This document shows positions 48,490 to 59,860 of a DNA stretch of 64,000 bases, piece after piece. The position numbers were made by a program, and so were the translations under genes. Where the stretch lies: contig CAWAIF010000003.1 of NCBI GenBank assembly GCA_963782055.1, positions 5,344,001 through 5,408,000 of the forward strand. Reading direction: 5' to 3'. Under the pieces are notes generated by a model. The model had not been told where the DNA came from. It worked only from the letters and a program-made list of their open reading frames with translations, and did not search any database. Numbering within the stretch: position 1 is the stretch's first letter; each line of letters starts with the position of its first letter. Source of the stretch: an uncultured delta proteobacterium. Lineage in GTDB: Bacteria; Myxococcota_A; Polyangia; Polyangiales; Polyangiaceae.

Positions 48490-49416
48490 TCAACCGGCAA
48501 GGGACGCCCACGCCGCGGCGAGCCGCTTGTCGCGCGCCGACTGCGCGACGGCCAGCAGACCGCGGTCGCGCTGCCATCGCTCCTGCACCTCCGCCGGCGC
48601 TTCCTTCCAGTGGGGGTCGGCCGCCTGGAGGAAGCGATGCACCGCGCGCAGCGCGCCGCCGAGCACCACCTGCACCGCGCGCGACGACGGGTCTTCCGCG
48701 GCGAGCGCGCGCAGCAAGGCCACCGCGGCGGCGCCGTCCTCCACGAGCTCGCGCGGCCACCCGAACGCGCGCGCCGCGCCGATCAGATGGGCGACGAGCG
48801 CGCCCATCACGTGCACGTCCTCCACGGTGCGAAAGGGCTTCACGTAGCGCTCCCAGCCGTCACCCTCGAGCACGTCCTCGTCGCGCACGCGCACCCCCTC
48901 CAGCCGCAGCTCCGCGTGAGGGATCTCCGGGGCGAAGGGCGTGGGCGGCATGGCGGTGAGCCGCACGCCCGGGTCGCCGGAGGCGACCTCCACGAGCGCC
49001 AGGCGCCTGCGCCCGTCGGCCTCGACGCCGCGCATGGCGAGGACGAGCAGCACGTCCGCCGAGGCGCCGAGCGTGACCCACCTCTTCGCGCCGTCCAGCA
49101 CCAGGCCCCCCTCGGGCGAGGGTGCGAGGCGCGTGGCGATGGCGCGAGGATGGGCGCCGCCTTCCTCCGTCGCGCAGAGCGCGAGGCGCCGGGGCGCGCC
49201 GGGAGCGGCGAGCTCCGGGATCAACGCCTCCAGCGCTCCCTGGTAGCCCGCCGCGAAGGCGAGCCCCACCCGGTCGGCCTCGCAGCCCAGCCTCACGGCG
49301 CGGTCGAACGCCGAGCCTGGCGTGTTGGCCAGCTCCGCGCGGCGCGCGTCGAGCCGCTCGAGCGAGTCGATCGACCACGGGTGGCCACCCGCGAGGAGGA
49401 GACCGAGGAGGTGCAC
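48490..49416 (-). CDS. Acyl-CoA dehydrogenase-like protein
   Basis: ALCATEEGG, LDGAKRWVT, VKPFRTVED. Confidence 0.75.
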   Translation of the reverse strand: MHLLGLLLAGGHPWSIDSLERLDARRAELANTPGSAFDRAVRLGCEADRVGLAFAAGYQGALEALIPELAAPGAPRRLALCATEEGGAHPRAIATRLAPSPEGGLVLDGAKRWVTLGASADVLLVLAMRGVEADGRRRLALVEVASGDPGVRLTAMPPTPFAPEIPHAELRLEGVRVRDEDVLEGDGWERYVKPFRTVEDVHVMGALVAHLIGAARAFGWPRELVEDGAAAVALLRALAAEDPSSRAVQVVLGGALRAVHRFLQAADPHWKEAPAEVQERWQRDRGLLAVAQSARDKRLAAAWASLAG

Positions 49417-49435
49417 GGCTCGAGTCTACGCCCGC

Positions 49436-49885
49436 TCACGAGGGCTTGGTGATGGCGCGCACGGTCAGCACCGGGATGGGCGAGAGGCGCACCACCTTCT
49501 CCGCCACGCTGCCGAGCAGCAGGTGCCCCATGCCGCTGCGGCCGTGGGTGCCCATGACGATCAGGTCGGCGCCGGCGTCCTCCGCCGCGCTCAGGATCTC
49601 CTGCCACGCCACGCCGGTGCGCACGATGGCCTCGGCGGGCGCGTAGAGCTTGCGCACCTCGGGCAGCTTGATGCTCATCTGCTCCTCGGCGGCGTCCTCG
49701 ATGGGCGTCAGCAGGTCGACCGGAGCCTCGGCCATGCCGGAGTAGGCGTACGCCGGGATCTCGCAGACGTGCAGGAGGGTGAGGCGGGCCTCGAAGCGGC
49801 GAGCGAGCTCGACGGCCGTGGAGAGCGCGCGCTCGGAGGACTCTCCGAAGTCCACGGGCACCAGGATGTGACGGAAGAGCGCCAT
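49436..49885 (-). CDS. Universal stress protein
   Basis: ILVPVDF, DLIVMGTHGR, LLGSVAEKV. Confidence 0.93.
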   Translation of the reverse strand: MALFRHILVPVDFGESSERALSTAVELARRFEARLTLLHVCEIPAYAYSGMAEAPVDLLTPIEDAAEEQMSIKLPEVRKLYAPAEAIVRTGVAWQEILSAAEDAGADLIVMGTHGRSGMGHLLLGSVAEKVVRLSPIPVLTVRAITKPS

Positions 49886-50000
49886 GCGTGAAGTCCTTGC
49901 ACCGCGCGTGCCTTTCCGGGAGGGCGAGAAGTCTGGTCGCCACCGCGCGAGAGCACGCAATCTGCGCAGCGACGCGCAATGGGTGCGGGCACGGCGCCAG

Positions 50001-51221
50001 CTACAGCGCCGGCTGCTCGAACCCGGGCGTTGGGCGAGCGAAGACGTACCCCTGGCCGAAGTCGCACCCGAGGCGGCGGATCATCGCCAGCTCCTCCGGC
50101 GTCTCGATGCCCTCGGCGACGATGCGCATGCTCAGGCTTCGGCAGAGGCCCACGATGGACTCGATGAGCCGCTGCTTCACCGGCTGCGTGTGCACGTCAC
50201 GCACGAGCGACATGTCCAGCTTCACCACCTCCGGCTCGAGCACCGCGAAGCTCGTCAGGCCCGCGTAGCCGGCGCCGAGGTCGTCCACGGCGAGCTGGAA
50301 GCCGAGGCGGCGCAGGTCGTTGATGCGCACCCGCACGTCGGTGACCTTCTCCAGCGTCGTCCGCTCGGTGATCTCCAGCACCACGCGCTCGGCGCGCGCG
50401 GAGAGCGGCGCGCGCTCTGCGAAGAGCATGGGGTCGACCAGATCGTCCACGTGCAGGTTGACGAACATGAGCTGGTCGGGGGCGGGCATGTGCGGCATCG
50501 CCTCGGCCACCATCGCGCGCACCCGGCGGCCGAGGTCGCGTGTGCGCCCTAGCTGCTCGGCGGCGGCGAGCACCTCCGGCGGCGTGGCGAGGGTGGCGTC
50601 GGAGGAGCGGAGCAGGGCCTCGTAGCCCATGACGCGCTTGCGCCGCAGCTCGATGATCGGCTGAAAGGCCATGTACATCCCGGAGAGCGCGCTCTCGAAG
50701 GCGAGGCCGAGGTCCACGTCGCCGGCGAGGTGCACGCCGCTGGTGTGCTTCTCCAGGCCGAGCGCCTCCTTCTTCGCCCGACCGAGCTGCCGCAGGTTCC
50801 AGGCGCGGTCGACGCTGCGGAGCAGCGTGTCGCGGCTGACCGGCTTCTGCAGGTACTGAACCGCCCCCAGGTCCACCGCGTCGATCGCCGTCTCCAGGCT
50901 GGGCTGGCCGGTCACCAGCACGACGGGGACCTCGGGGTCGTAGGTCCGGATCGTGCGCATGAGGTCGGTGCCGAGGCCGTCGGGCAGGCTGATGTCGCTG
51001 ACGATGACGGCGAAGTGCGTCTGCATCGCCATCTGCGCGGCGTCCGCCGCCGTGGCCGCCGCGGTCACCTTCCACCCTGCCGCCTCCAGCACGCGCTGCT
51101 CGGCCTTGGCGACGAGCAGGTCGTCCTCGACCAGCAGCAGGCGCCGCGGGTCGGCGGAGTCGGGCTCGGGGCCGGGCACCCTGGTGATTCGCGAATCCCT
51201 CATGCCTGTCCATACGGACAC
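50001..51221 (-). CDS. Receiver + EAL c-di-GMP phosphodiesterase
   Basis: [34 protein letters not shown]. Confidence 0.92.
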   Translation of the reverse strand: MSVWTGMRDSRITRVPGPEPDSADPRRLLLVEDDLLVAKAEQRVLEAAGWKVTAAATAADAAQMAMQTHFAVIVSDISLPDGLGTDLMRTIRTYDPEVPVVLVTGQPSLETAIDAVDLGAVQYLQKPVSRDTLLRSVDRAWNLRQLGRAKKEALGLEKHTSGVHLAGDVDLGLAFESALSGMYMAFQPIIELRRKRVMGYEALLRSSDATLATPPEVLAAAEQLGRTRDLGRRVRAMVAEAMPHMPAPDQLMFVNLHVDDLVDPMLFAERAPLSARAERVVLEITERTTLEKVTDVRVRINDLRRLGFQLAVDDLGAGYAGLTSFAVLEPEVVKLDMSLVRDVHTQPVKQRLIESIVGLCRSLSMRIVAEGIETPEELAMIRRLGCDFGQGYVFARPTPGFEQPAL

Positions 51222-51279
51222 TGTCGCCGCCTGCTTGAGTGCGCGGAGGTGAGCCGAGGTGGGCGGGAGCGCCGCGACT

Positions 51280-52239
51280 TCACGCCTCCCGGGGGACGAC
51301 GGCGAGCTGCTTGCGCGACGCGCCGCGCACCACCTCCACGTCCAGCCTCTCCGTCGGCGGCCACTGCGCGAGGAGGCGGAGCAGCGCCTCGATGCCGGGC
51401 ACGCGCTTGCCCCCGGCGACGATGACGACGTCCCCCGCCTGCAGGCCGGCGCGCGCCGCGGGGCTGCCCTCCTCCACGCTCACCACCTCCACCCCCGACG
51501 CACCCTCCACGCCGAGAGCCCGCACCACCCGCGTCTCCAGCGGACGGCTCTGCCCCTGCACGCCGAGGTACGCGCGCCGCACGCGGCCGTCGGCCAGGAG
51601 CTTGGGGACGACCCAGTTCACCGTGTCGGCCGGGACGGCGAAGCTCATGCCCTGGGCGTACGGGATGATGGCGGTGTTGATGCCGACGAGGCGGCCGCGG
51701 AAGTCGACGAGCGGACCGCCGGAGTTGCCAGGGTTGAGCGGCGCGGTGTGCTGCAGCAGGTTGTCCACCGGCCGCCCGCGCGCGCCGCGCAGGGAGCGGC
51801 CCGTCGCGCTGACGACGCCCGTCGATACAGTGGACTGGAAGCCGAGCGGGTTGCCGATGGCGACGACGAGCTGACCGGGCCGCAGGGCGCGTGGCTCTCC
51901 GACGCGCACGTGCGGGAGGGCGGACGCCGTCACGCGAACGACGGCGAGGTCCGTCGGTGCGTCGGCGCCGACGACGCGTGCATCATGCACACGTCCGTCC
52001 ACCAGCACGACCTGGATGCGCGACGCGCCGTCTACGACGTGCGCGTTGGTGAGCACGTAGCCATCCGGCGCGATGACGACGCCGGAGCCGGCGCCCTCCC
52101 CGTACCGCCGCCGGCCGACCGCGAGGCTGACGACGGAGGGGCCGACTGCATCCACTGCGTCGACGACCGCGCGGGAGTAGGCGTCCAGCGCCTCGCGCTC
52201 GATGTCGGTGGAAGAGCCCGAGGCCGACGCGTCACCCAT
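51280..52239 (-). CDS. HtrA/S1C serine protease with PDZ
   Basis: TNAHVV, TDLAVV, GNSGGPL. Confidence 0.93.
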   Translation of the reverse strand: MGDASASGSSTDIEREALDAYSRAVVDAVDAVGPSVVSLAVGRRRYGEGAGSGVVIAPDGYVLTNAHVVDGASRIQVVLVDGRVHDARVVGADAPTDLAVVRVTASALPHVRVGEPRALRPGQLVVAIGNPLGFQSTVSTGVVSATGRSLRGARGRPVDNLLQHTAPLNPGNSGGPLVDFRGRLVGINTAIIPYAQGMSFAVPADTVNWVVPKLLADGRVRRAYLGVQGQSRPLETRVVRALGVEGASGVEVVSVEEGSPAARAGLQAGDVVIVAGGKRVPGIEALLRLLAQWPPTERLDVEVVRGASRKQLAVVPREA

Positions 52240-52314
52240 GGTCGCACGGTAAGTCGGCGATCGGCCGCGGTCACCCTAGCCGAAGGGACGAGCGACTCCC
52301 CACCCTTCCGGCCC

Positions 52315-53106
52315 TCACCGGAACTGGATGCGCCCGAACCGGCTGGCCTTGTGGAAGTTGCCCTGGTGCCGGATGGGGGACCACGCGAGCGCCTGCCGCT
52401 GCCCGTCGCGGAAGCTGTAGAGGTTGACGCGCCAGACGTCGCCCGCCTTCGGCGGGATGGGCGTGCGCCCCGGGACCAGCGCCGACCACGGGATGGCGAT
52501 CTCCACGCCGTAGAAGCCCGCGGGCGAGACCCACGCGCCGCGCTCCGCGTGACTCGACCACTCCATGTGACCGAAGCGCTTCGACTCCCCGCTGCCGGTG
52601 ATGGGCACGTTGTAGTCGTCCCAGTGGGTGTCGAAGACCGCGCCGTGCACGCCCACCTGGATCTCGTAGTAGTCGCGGTTGTCGCCGTGATCGCCGGGCT
52701 GGAGCATGATCTCCACCGCCGAGGCCTTCTCCCAGAGGTGCGGGTCGTCCTGGTCGCGGGTGAAGGGCGAGGCGGCGCTGGCGTCGCGCACCACCACCGC
52801 GACGTAGAGCTTGCTCTGGTCCCAGCCCATCTTGGCGTAGGCCGGCACCAGGCTCCGACCCGCCGGACCACCCTCGCCGGGATCGACGAAGGGGCCCAGC
52901 ACCGCCGCCGACCTCCACGCGGGATCGTCCAGCTTGCCGTCCAGCACCGGCGGCGTGGCAAAGGACCCCACCGTCGCGGGCGCGCCGCTCACCGTCGAGT
53001 CGCCGGAGGTGCCCGACGCCGGGAGCTTCGCCCAGTCCGGCTCGTCGCGGTGAGCGCAGGAGGCCGCGACGAGCAGGGCGAGCAGGGCGAGGACGGGAGC
53101 GCGCAT
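52315..53106 (-). CDS. CBM9-like sugar-binding lipoprotein
   Basis: AASC lipobox; LDGKLDDPAW, EIAIPW, WRVNLY. Confidence 0.8.
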   Translation of the reverse strand: MRAPVLALLALLVAASCAHRDEPDWAKLPASGTSGDSTVSGAPATVGSFATPPVLDGKLDDPAWRSAAVLGPFVDPGEGGPAGRSLVPAYAKMGWDQSKLYVAVVVRDASAASPFTRDQDDPHLWEKASAVEIMLQPGDHGDNRDYYEIQVGVHGAVFDTHWDDYNVPITGSGESKRFGHMEWSSHAERGAWVSPAGFYGVEIAIPWSALVPGRTPIPPKAGDVWRVNLYSFRDGQRQALAWSPIRHQGNFHKASRFGRIQFR

Positions 53107-53202
53107 CGCGTGGGAGCCTAGCGCCGACGCGCCGTCGCGAGAAGGGAACGCCTCCGGCCGGACCTCTTGACGCACCCCCCGAACGCCGGAATGGTGCGCG
53201 CC

Positions 53203-54228
53203 ATGGAGCTCCGGTCTCTGGGCACTTCGGGGTTGAAGGTCAGCGCGCTCTCCCTCGGGGCGATGACCTTCGGCGAGTCGGCGACGTTCATGAAGGGCGT
53301 CACCTCCACCGACGCCGAGGCGCGCCGCGTCTTCGACCGCGCCGTGGAGCGCGGCGTCAACCTGGTGGACACCGCCAACGTCTACGGTGAGGGCCGCAGC
53401 GAGGAGCTCACCGGTCAGTGGATCAAGGGCAAGCGCGACCGCGTGCTGCTCGCGACCAAGTGCCGCTTCCCCATCGGCTTCGGCGTCACTCACACGCCCG
53501 GCCCGCACGACGCGGGGCTCTCGCGCCAGCACATCCTCGCCGCGTGCGAGGCCTCCCTGCGCCGGCTCGACACCGACGTCATCGACCTCTACCAGGTGCA
53601 CATGCAGGACACCTCGGTGCGCGTGGACGAGACGCTGCGCGCGCTGGACGACCTCGTCACGCAGGGCAAGGTCCGCTACGTCGGCTGCTCCAACTACACC
53701 GGCTACCGCCTCGTCGAGTCGCTGTGGAGCGCGGAGAAGAACCGCACGCACCGCTACGAGAGCGCGCAGCTCCAGTGGAACCTGCTGGAGCGCGGCGCCG
53801 AGCGCGAGGTGATCCCCGCGTGCCGCGCCCACGGGGTGGGCGTGCTCGTGTGGTCGCCGCTCGCGAGCGGCTTCCTCAGCGGCAAGTACCGACGCGGCAA
53901 GCCCGCGCCGGAAGGCGCGCGCCTCGCCGAGTGGAAGGACACCATGGCGCGTGTGGGGGTGGACCGCGCCTACGACCTCATCGAGATCATGGACGACGTC
54001 GCGAAGCGCCACGAGACGAGCCACGCGGCGATCGCGCTGGCGTGGCTGCTCGCGCGCAAGGAGACGTCCAGCGTGATCGTCGGGGCGCGCACCGTCGCCC
54101 AGCTCGACGACAACCTGCGCGCGCTGGAGGTGAAGCTGGCGCCGGAGGACGTGGCGAAGCTGGACCTCGCCTCCGCGCCCGACTGGGCGTACCCGTACTC
54201 CTTCATCGGTCGCTCGCAGCCCTGGTGA
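53203..54228 (+). CDS. Aldo/keto reductase
   Basis: DTANVYG, LATK, DLYQVH, WSPLASG. Confidence 0.95.
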   Translation: MELRSLGTSGLKVSALSLGAMTFGESATFMKGVTSTDAEARRVFDRAVERGVNLVDTANVYGEGRSEELTGQWIKGKRDRVLLATKCRFPIGFGVTHTPGPHDAGLSRQHILAACEASLRRLDTDVIDLYQVHMQDTSVRVDETLRALDDLVTQGKVRYVGCSNYTGYRLVESLWSAEKNRTHRYESAQLQWNLLERGAEREVIPACRAHGVGVLVWSPLASGFLSGKYRRGKPAPEGARLAEWKDTMARVGVDRAYDLIEIMDDVAKRHETSHAAIALAWLLARKETSSVIVGARTVAQLDDNLRALEVKLAPEDVAKLDLASAPDWAYPYSFIGRSQPW

Positions 54229-54247
54229 CGGGGGAGACCGGGCCCGC

Positions 54248-55507
54248 GTGAAGGCCGTGACCTTCGACATCCGCGTGGTGCGGCTCGCGCTCGCCAAGGT
54301 GCTCGGCGCCATCTCGCCGCGCGCGTACGTCTCGGGCCTCGGCCCGGTGCGCTGCGAGCGCGTGCCCGATCCGCAGCCGCACGGCGAGGACTGGGTGCTC
54401 GTGGAGCCCCGGCTCGCGGGCATCTGCGGCAGCGACGTCATGCAGGTGTTCCTGAAGGCGGCCGCGGACAACCCGCTCTCGGCGGTGGTCTCCGCGCCGC
54501 ACGTGATGGGACACGAGGTGGTGGGCACCGTCCTGGAGTCGGGCAGGCGGGTGACGCGCTTCGCGAAGGGAGACCGCGTGGCGGTGTCGCCCTGGCTCCC
54601 GTGCGCGCCGCGCGGCCTCGCCCCCTGCGACGCCTGCGAGCGCGGTGACTACCCGCTGTGCGAGCACTTCTTCGACGGCAAGATCGCCCGCGGCATGCAC
54701 CTCGGCAACTGCCGCGACGTGGGGGGCGGCTTCGCCGAGGCGATGTCGCTCCACGAGTCGATGCTCTTCCCCATCCCGGAGGGCGTCGCGTGGGACGCCG
54801 CGGTGCTCGCCGATCCCTTCGCCGTCGCGCTCCACGCGGTGCTGCGCGCGCCGCCGGAGGAGGGACAGACCGTCCTCGTCTTCGGGTGCGGCTCGCTCGG
54901 GCTGATGACCATCCACCTGCTGTCGGTGCTCTACCCCGACGTGACCGTCCTGGCGGTGGACCACAAGCCGCGGATGGCGCCGGTGGTCGAGCGGCTGGGC
55001 GGGCACGCCCTCTTCACCTCGCGCGGCGCCGCGCTCGTCGCCGAGCTGGGGGAGCGGACGAAGTCGCCGCTGCGCAAGCCCTTCTTCGGCCTGCCCTGGC
55101 TGCAGACCGGCGTCGACCGGATCTACGACACGGTGGGCGCGCCCGGCACGCTGGAGGTGGGCGTGCGCGTCGCCCGCCCGCGCGCGGCGATCGTGATGGT
55201 GGGCGTCGCCCAGCCGCGACGCTTCGAGTGGACGCCCCTCTACTTCAAGGAGATCGCCCTGTACGGCTCCAACGCCTACGGCGTGGAGACGCTGGAGGGC
55301 CGGCGCGATCACGCCATCGCCCTCTACCTCCATCTGCTCGCCGAGGAGCGGCTGCACCTCGACGGCCTGATCACCCACCGCTACCCGCTGGAGCGCTACG
55401 GCGACGCGTTCATGGCCATCCACGACAAGCGGCGCTCCGGCGCGGTGAAGGTGCTCTTCGACCCGAAGCTGAGCGCGCCCCAGGTGGAGAAGGGAGCGGG
55501 CGCGTGA
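54248..55507 (+). CDS. Zn-dependent MDR dehydrogenase
   Basis: GICGSD, GHE, 4 structural Cys, GCGSLG. Confidence 0.92.
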   Translation: MKAVTFDIRVVRLALAKVLGAISPRAYVSGLGPVRCERVPDPQPHGEDWVLVEPRLAGICGSDVMQVFLKAAADNPLSAVVSAPHVMGHEVVGTVLESGRRVTRFAKGDRVAVSPWLPCAPRGLAPCDACERGDYPLCEHFFDGKIARGMHLGNCRDVGGGFAEAMSLHESMLFPIPEGVAWDAAVLADPFAVALHAVLRAPPEEGQTVLVFGCGSLGLMTIHLLSVLYPDVTVLAVDHKPRMAPVVERLGGHALFTSRGAALVAELGERTKSPLRKPFFGLPWLQTGVDRIYDTVGAPGTLEVGVRVARPRAAIVMVGVAQPRRFEWTPLYFKEIALYGSNAYGVETLEGRRDHAIALYLHLLAEERLHLDGLITHRYPLERYGDAFMAIHDKRRSGAVKVLFDPKLSAPQVEKGAGA

Positions 55508-56739
55508 AGGCGGTCTGCTTCGAGATGTCCTTCCCGCGGCTCGCCGCCGCCCGCGTGGCAGGCTTCTTCCACACCCGCGGCTTCGTCGCGCCCTTCGGCC
55601 CGGTGCGCCTGCGGGAGCTGCCCGACCCGCGCCCGCTCGGCGACGACTGGGTGGTGGTGCGGCCGCGCGTGACCGGCGTGTGCGGCAGCGACATCAAGGA
55701 GATCTTCCTGGACGCCGACATGGACAACCCGCTGCGCGCCCTCATCTCCTTCCCGCACGTGCTCGGGCACGAGGTGGCGGCGGAGGTGCTGGAGGTGGGG
55801 CCGGCGGTCGGCCGCGTGAAGGCCGGCGACCGCGTCGCCGTCTCGCCGTGGCTGCCGTGCGAGGTGCGCGGGCTGGCCGCGTGCGACTACTGCAAGTCGG
55901 GTGACATCTCCCTCTGCGACAACTTCACCGCCGGGGAGATCGCGCCGGGGATCCACGCGGGCAACTGCGCCGACGTGCCCGGGGGCTACGCCGAGCGGAT
56001 GATCGCCCACGAGTCCATGTGCTTCCCCGTCCCGGAAGAGGTGACCGACGAGCAGGCCGCGCTCTCCGATCCCTTCGCGGTCGCGCTGCACGCCATCCGC
56101 AAGGCGCCGCCGCGGCCGGGGGAGACGGCCCTCGTCTACGGCTGCGGCCCGCTGGGGCTGCTCACCATCCACGCCCTCTCGCGCCTCTACCCCGAGACGC
56201 GCATCCTCGCCGTCGATCTGCACGAGTACCTGCGGCCCTTCGCGGAGCAGATGGGCGCGCACGACTTCTTCGCCGCGCAGGGCGCAGAGCTCATCGAGCG
56301 CGTGGCGGAGGCGACCTCGTCGAGGGTGCGCAAGGTGCGGATGGCCCTGCCCTGGGTGTTCGGCGGCGTCGACCGCGTCTACGACACCGTGGGCGTCGCG
56401 CGGACGCTGGAGACCGCGGTGCGCCTGATCAAGCCGCTCGGCACGGTGCTGCTGGTCGGCGTGGGCACCCCGCGCCGCTACGAGTGGACGCCCATCTTCT
56501 TCCGCGAGGTGACGGTCATCGGCTCCAACGCCTACGGCATCGAGACCTTCGACGGCGAGCGCCGCCACGGCTTCGAGCACTACCTGGGCCTCTGCGCCGC
56601 CGGCCAGGTGGACCCGACGCCCATGATCACCCACCGCTTCCCGCTTGCGCGCTACCGGGACGCCTTCGTGGCGGCGCGCGCGAAGCGGTCGCAGGAGGCA
56701 GTGAAGGTGGTGTTCGACCAGCGCGACGGGCCGGCGTGA
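55504..56739 (+). CDS. Zn-dependent MDR dehydrogenase (tandem paralog)
   Basis: GVCGSD, GHE, GCGPLG; GTGA coupling. Confidence 0.92.
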   Translation: MKAVCFEMSFPRLAAARVAGFFHTRGFVAPFGPVRLRELPDPRPLGDDWVVVRPRVTGVCGSDIKEIFLDADMDNPLRALISFPHVLGHEVAAEVLEVGPAVGRVKAGDRVAVSPWLPCEVRGLAACDYCKSGDISLCDNFTAGEIAPGIHAGNCADVPGGYAERMIAHESMCFPVPEEVTDEQAALSDPFAVALHAIRKAPPRPGETALVYGCGPLGLLTIHALSRLYPETRILAVDLHEYLRPFAEQMGAHDFFAAQGAELIERVAEATSSRVRKVRMALPWVFGGVDRVYDTVGVARTLETAVRLIKPLGTVLLVGVGTPRRYEWTPIFFREVTVIGSNAYGIETFDGERRHGFEHYLGLCAAGQVDPTPMITHRFPLARYRDAFVAARAKRSQEAVKVVFDQRDGPA

Positions 56740-57107
56740 CCAGCGCTACTTTTGCTACCTTCTGCACGAGTAGAAGTACACTGGGACTTCGTATTCAGAA
56801 GTAGCATCCGGGGACTCCAGGAGGATTACCGACCTCACGCACCGGACTCCATAGTCGCTTCGTCGCATCAATCTGTACTGTCTCTGTGCGACCGTACGAC
56901 TTGGCCAGCGCAACACTGCCTTGCATATTGTGGTCTTGCACGCGACAGATTCGACATGGAACATCGCCGACTTCGCGACATCCGCCAAGCCCCGGCTAAT
57001 CCCCTCGGCAGCACCCGAAGCCCAAGACGGGTCCATGGCCTCCGCCTGAAACTGCTGCTCCAGACGCCTGGTTGATTGCTCGTAGCCGGACACGATCTGC
57101 GATTTTG

Positions 57108-58665
57108 GGCTCTTCGGCCGAATCGGGGCCGCACGGCGAGGCGACGCGTGCATAATGCAACAAACGGCTCACGCGGCCTCCTGCCCAGGCGCAGGCAGCC
57201 CGAGCGCGAGGAAGCGCAGGACGCCTTGTCGATTGCGGACGGGGTTGGCGGTGAGGAATCGCAGTTTGCGTAGAAGGTAATCATGGTTTCGATAGCCTCT
57301 GCCGCGACGGACGAGCGTCTCCCAGTTGCCGTTGAGCGCTTCGATGCGACCCGTCGGGGGGTGATGTTCGCCGAGAGCGACGATGGAGTCGTAGTGCCTG
57401 CGGAGCGAGTCGTGGAGCTTGCGCATGGGGACATTCGTTCGCTTTTCGGTGCGGTAGAGCACGTGCTGGAGCCCGGTCTCCATGGCGTCCTTGTCGGGCG
57501 CTTTGAGCACTTCGCGCAGCTCCTCGACCACCTGATAGGCGCGCGCGAGCTTGCCGTTGAACGAGAAGAGCCGACGAAGGCGAAGCTTGTCCGCCGCGCT
57601 CGTGCGATCCCAGGCGCGCAGCACGAGCCAGCGCGTACCGCGTCCGACCTCGCGCAGCTCGAGGCTCGCGCGGAAGAAGATGCTGCGACGCAGCTCGGTG
57701 ATCGCCTCGCCAGCGCGCTTCGTGACGTGAAACGGATCGTGGACGACGGGCGCGTGCGCGAGCGACGGGTCGGCGCGGATCGCGGCGGCGAACGGCGCGT
57801 GCATGTCGGTCGCGAAGAGACGGAGCGCCGCCTTTTGTTCGGGCGAAAGCGACGCAATCCACTGCGCGAGCGTGGCCTCGCCGCGCCCGTAGCCGATCCA
57901 GACGGGCTCGCCGCTCTCGAGGTCGCTGACGATGGTGACGAACTTGTCGGCGCGCTTGTGGCGACGACCAAGCCACTTCTCGTCGACGCCGACCTGAACC
58001 AGCGGCTTCGACGGCCGCGAACCCTCCCAGCGCGCGAGCGCGTCGGCCTCGGCGCGCCGCACCGTGCGCCAGCTCAGCGCGTACTTCGTCGCGACGTGCG
58101 AGAGCGGCATCGAGTAGGCGTCGAGCGCGAGGTGATGTTGAAGCCGCCTGGTCTGACGCTGCTTCGGCTCCGCCCACGGGACCTTCTCGGTCGCGTGCGC
58201 CCCGCACCGCGGACACTTCACGCGAACGGGCGTGTACTCGAGGCGCACGCGATGCCCAGCCCACGGCAGATCTTCCCACCGCCGCGTCTTGCGATGCTCG
58301 TGGGTGCGGCCCGAAACGATCGTCAAGCACTGCCCGCACCGCGGCCGCCATCGGCGCACGAGCACGAGCACGAGCACGGCGCCGGCGGGCACGTCGAAGC
58401 CCACGATCGGCTCGATGCGCTCGCCCTGCCGTGTCTCCCACCTCGTGTCCTGCACGTTGAACCCTCGAAACCCGACAATCTGTGTGAGAATCTGTCCTCG
58501 CTGACCCATCGCGGCGTCCTCCCGGTTGTTTTCACCTCCAAGAGATCGCCACGGCAATTCGGCCGCGTCGATGGGTCAGCTCTCTTTCCTACGCGAGGCC
58601 TGAAATGCCGCCCCTTTCACGCCGCCGCTTCGCCGGCACGCCAGCCCCCATTTGGCCGAAGAGCC
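57108..58665 (-). mobile_element. ISL3-family element, 1558 bp
   Basis: TIR GGCTCTTCGGCC(G/A)AAT; 8-bp TSD CGATTTTG at 57100-57107 and 58666-58673. Confidence 0.92.
57169..58509 (-). CDS. ISL3 transposase
   Basis: Zn finger, GVDEK, TDMH, HDPFHV, IEALN, RGRGYRN. Confidence 0.93.
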   Translation of the reverse strand: MGQRGQILTQIVGFRGFNVQDTRWETRQGERIEPIVGFDVPAGAVLVLVLVRRWRPRCGQCLTIVSGRTHEHRKTRRWEDLPWAGHRVRLEYTPVRVKCPRCGAHATEKVPWAEPKQRQTRRLQHHLALDAYSMPLSHVATKYALSWRTVRRAEADALARWEGSRPSKPLVQVGVDEKWLGRRHKRADKFVTIVSDLESGEPVWIGYGRGEATLAQWIASLSPEQKAALRLFATDMHAPFAAAIRADPSLAHAPVVHDPFHVTKRAGEAITELRRSIFFRASLELREVGRGTRWLVLRAWDRTSAADKLRLRRLFSFNGKLARAYQVVEELREVLKAPDKDAMETGLQHVLYRTEKRTNVPMRKLHDSLRRHYDSIVALGEHHPPTGRIEALNGNWETLVRRGRGYRNHDYLLRKLRFLTANPVRNRQGVLRFLALGLPAPGQEAA

Positions 58666-58838
58666 CGATTTTGAAGGCGCGTCCAGCCGACGCATTGCAT
58701 CGTGAGTTGTACCGCTGTCTTGGATCGACGCAGATCCATCCGCGCGTGTGCGCTCGTGCCTTGGCACAACCTCGCCCAAGAGAAAGCCTGCGCCAAGTGC
58801 CACCGCGATGGCAATGATCAGTTGGTGGTGCCGGCGTC

Positions 58839-59417
58839 TCACTGCAGATACGATACGAATATGCCGACAACCTCCGAGGGCGTAGGAGACGTGTATACCG
58901 GCAGATACACAGCGGCAAACGGGTAGTCGTATGGATAGTTGGCGAGAAAGTTCAAGTACCCACCGGTATGTGTTAGGCCAATCTCGCCCCAGCCAAATCC
59001 AGAAGATGTCGGTTGTGTAACGCCGTAATCGTCTTCGCAATCCTCGCCGTAGCCCTGGTAGTGCTCCGCGCATATCTGCATAAAAACATGATTTCCGCCC
59101 GTCCCCTCAATTATGTCGGCATGAATCGAGTCGAGGTTGTTGATCCATGATGTCCCGTTCCAGCGAACTACTTGGAACGAACTATTGTATGGAATTGGAC
59201 AGTCCACAAAACCCCCCGAACCGTAGTTCCGCCACGCAGCGTCTTCGCCGTCATAGCCGAGGCCGTTGTTTGGGTTGTTGAGTGTGTCAGCCTGACACTC
59301 GGCCGCCGACACTCGCGACCAAGGCGCGGCACTGGCATCCTCCTCCAAGAATCCCAAAGCTCCAACGAGCGCAAGGGCGATCATGCCAGACTTCATCGCG
59401 CACCTCTTCATCTTCAT
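58839..59417 (-). CDS. Secreted Tyr/Gly/Asn-rich protein, visibly lower GC
   Basis: Signal peptide ending ASA-A; atypical codon usage. Confidence 0.7.
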   Translation of the reverse strand: MKMKRCAMKSGMIALALVGALGFLEEDASAAPWSRVSAAECQADTLNNPNNGLGYDGEDAAWRNYGSGGFVDCPIPYNSSFQVVRWNGTSWINNLDSIHADIIEGTGGNHVFMQICAEHYQGYGEDCEDDYGVTQPTSSGFGWGEIGLTHTGGYLNFLANYPYDYPFAAVYLPVYTSPTPSEVVGIFVSYLQ

Positions 59418-59860
59418 CTCGTTCCCCTTCTTTTGTAGTCTCGCTACCGTACTCAGTTTTGTCGTACTCGTATCTGTATCGGTGTCAACTGGGGGTTGAT
59501 TCGTGTTCCCGCGACACGTACGCCGCAACTGCTCGCGCTACCACGTGCCCAGGGCATATCGCCCCAGCGCCGCCGACGCGCGACGCGCGCTGAGCACCAC
59601 AGGTCCGCCGGAAGGAGGATCTGGCCCCGCATCGCGGCTGTGCGGCGATCGCCGCCTACGCCGCCTGTAAGCTCGGCAATCCACGTCATCGTGGGATCTC
59701 AGGGTGGTCGGGCGCCGCCAGGCTTGAATGTGCGGCACACACGCGCGCAGCCTTCCGCGAGGGGGATGTTCTCGGTTCCGCGCACGCTCGAAGTGATGGT
59801 GCGCCGCAAAAAGATGGGTTTGGGTCGCCAAGATCTCGGCGTGAAAGGGCCACGCGCACC

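Larger units (their letters stand above)
56755..58842 (-). pseudogene. Membrane-anchored hypothetical protein split by ISL3
   Basis: Removing the IS and one TSD rejoins ..DAPSKS|QIVSGY.. in frame. Confidence 0.75.
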
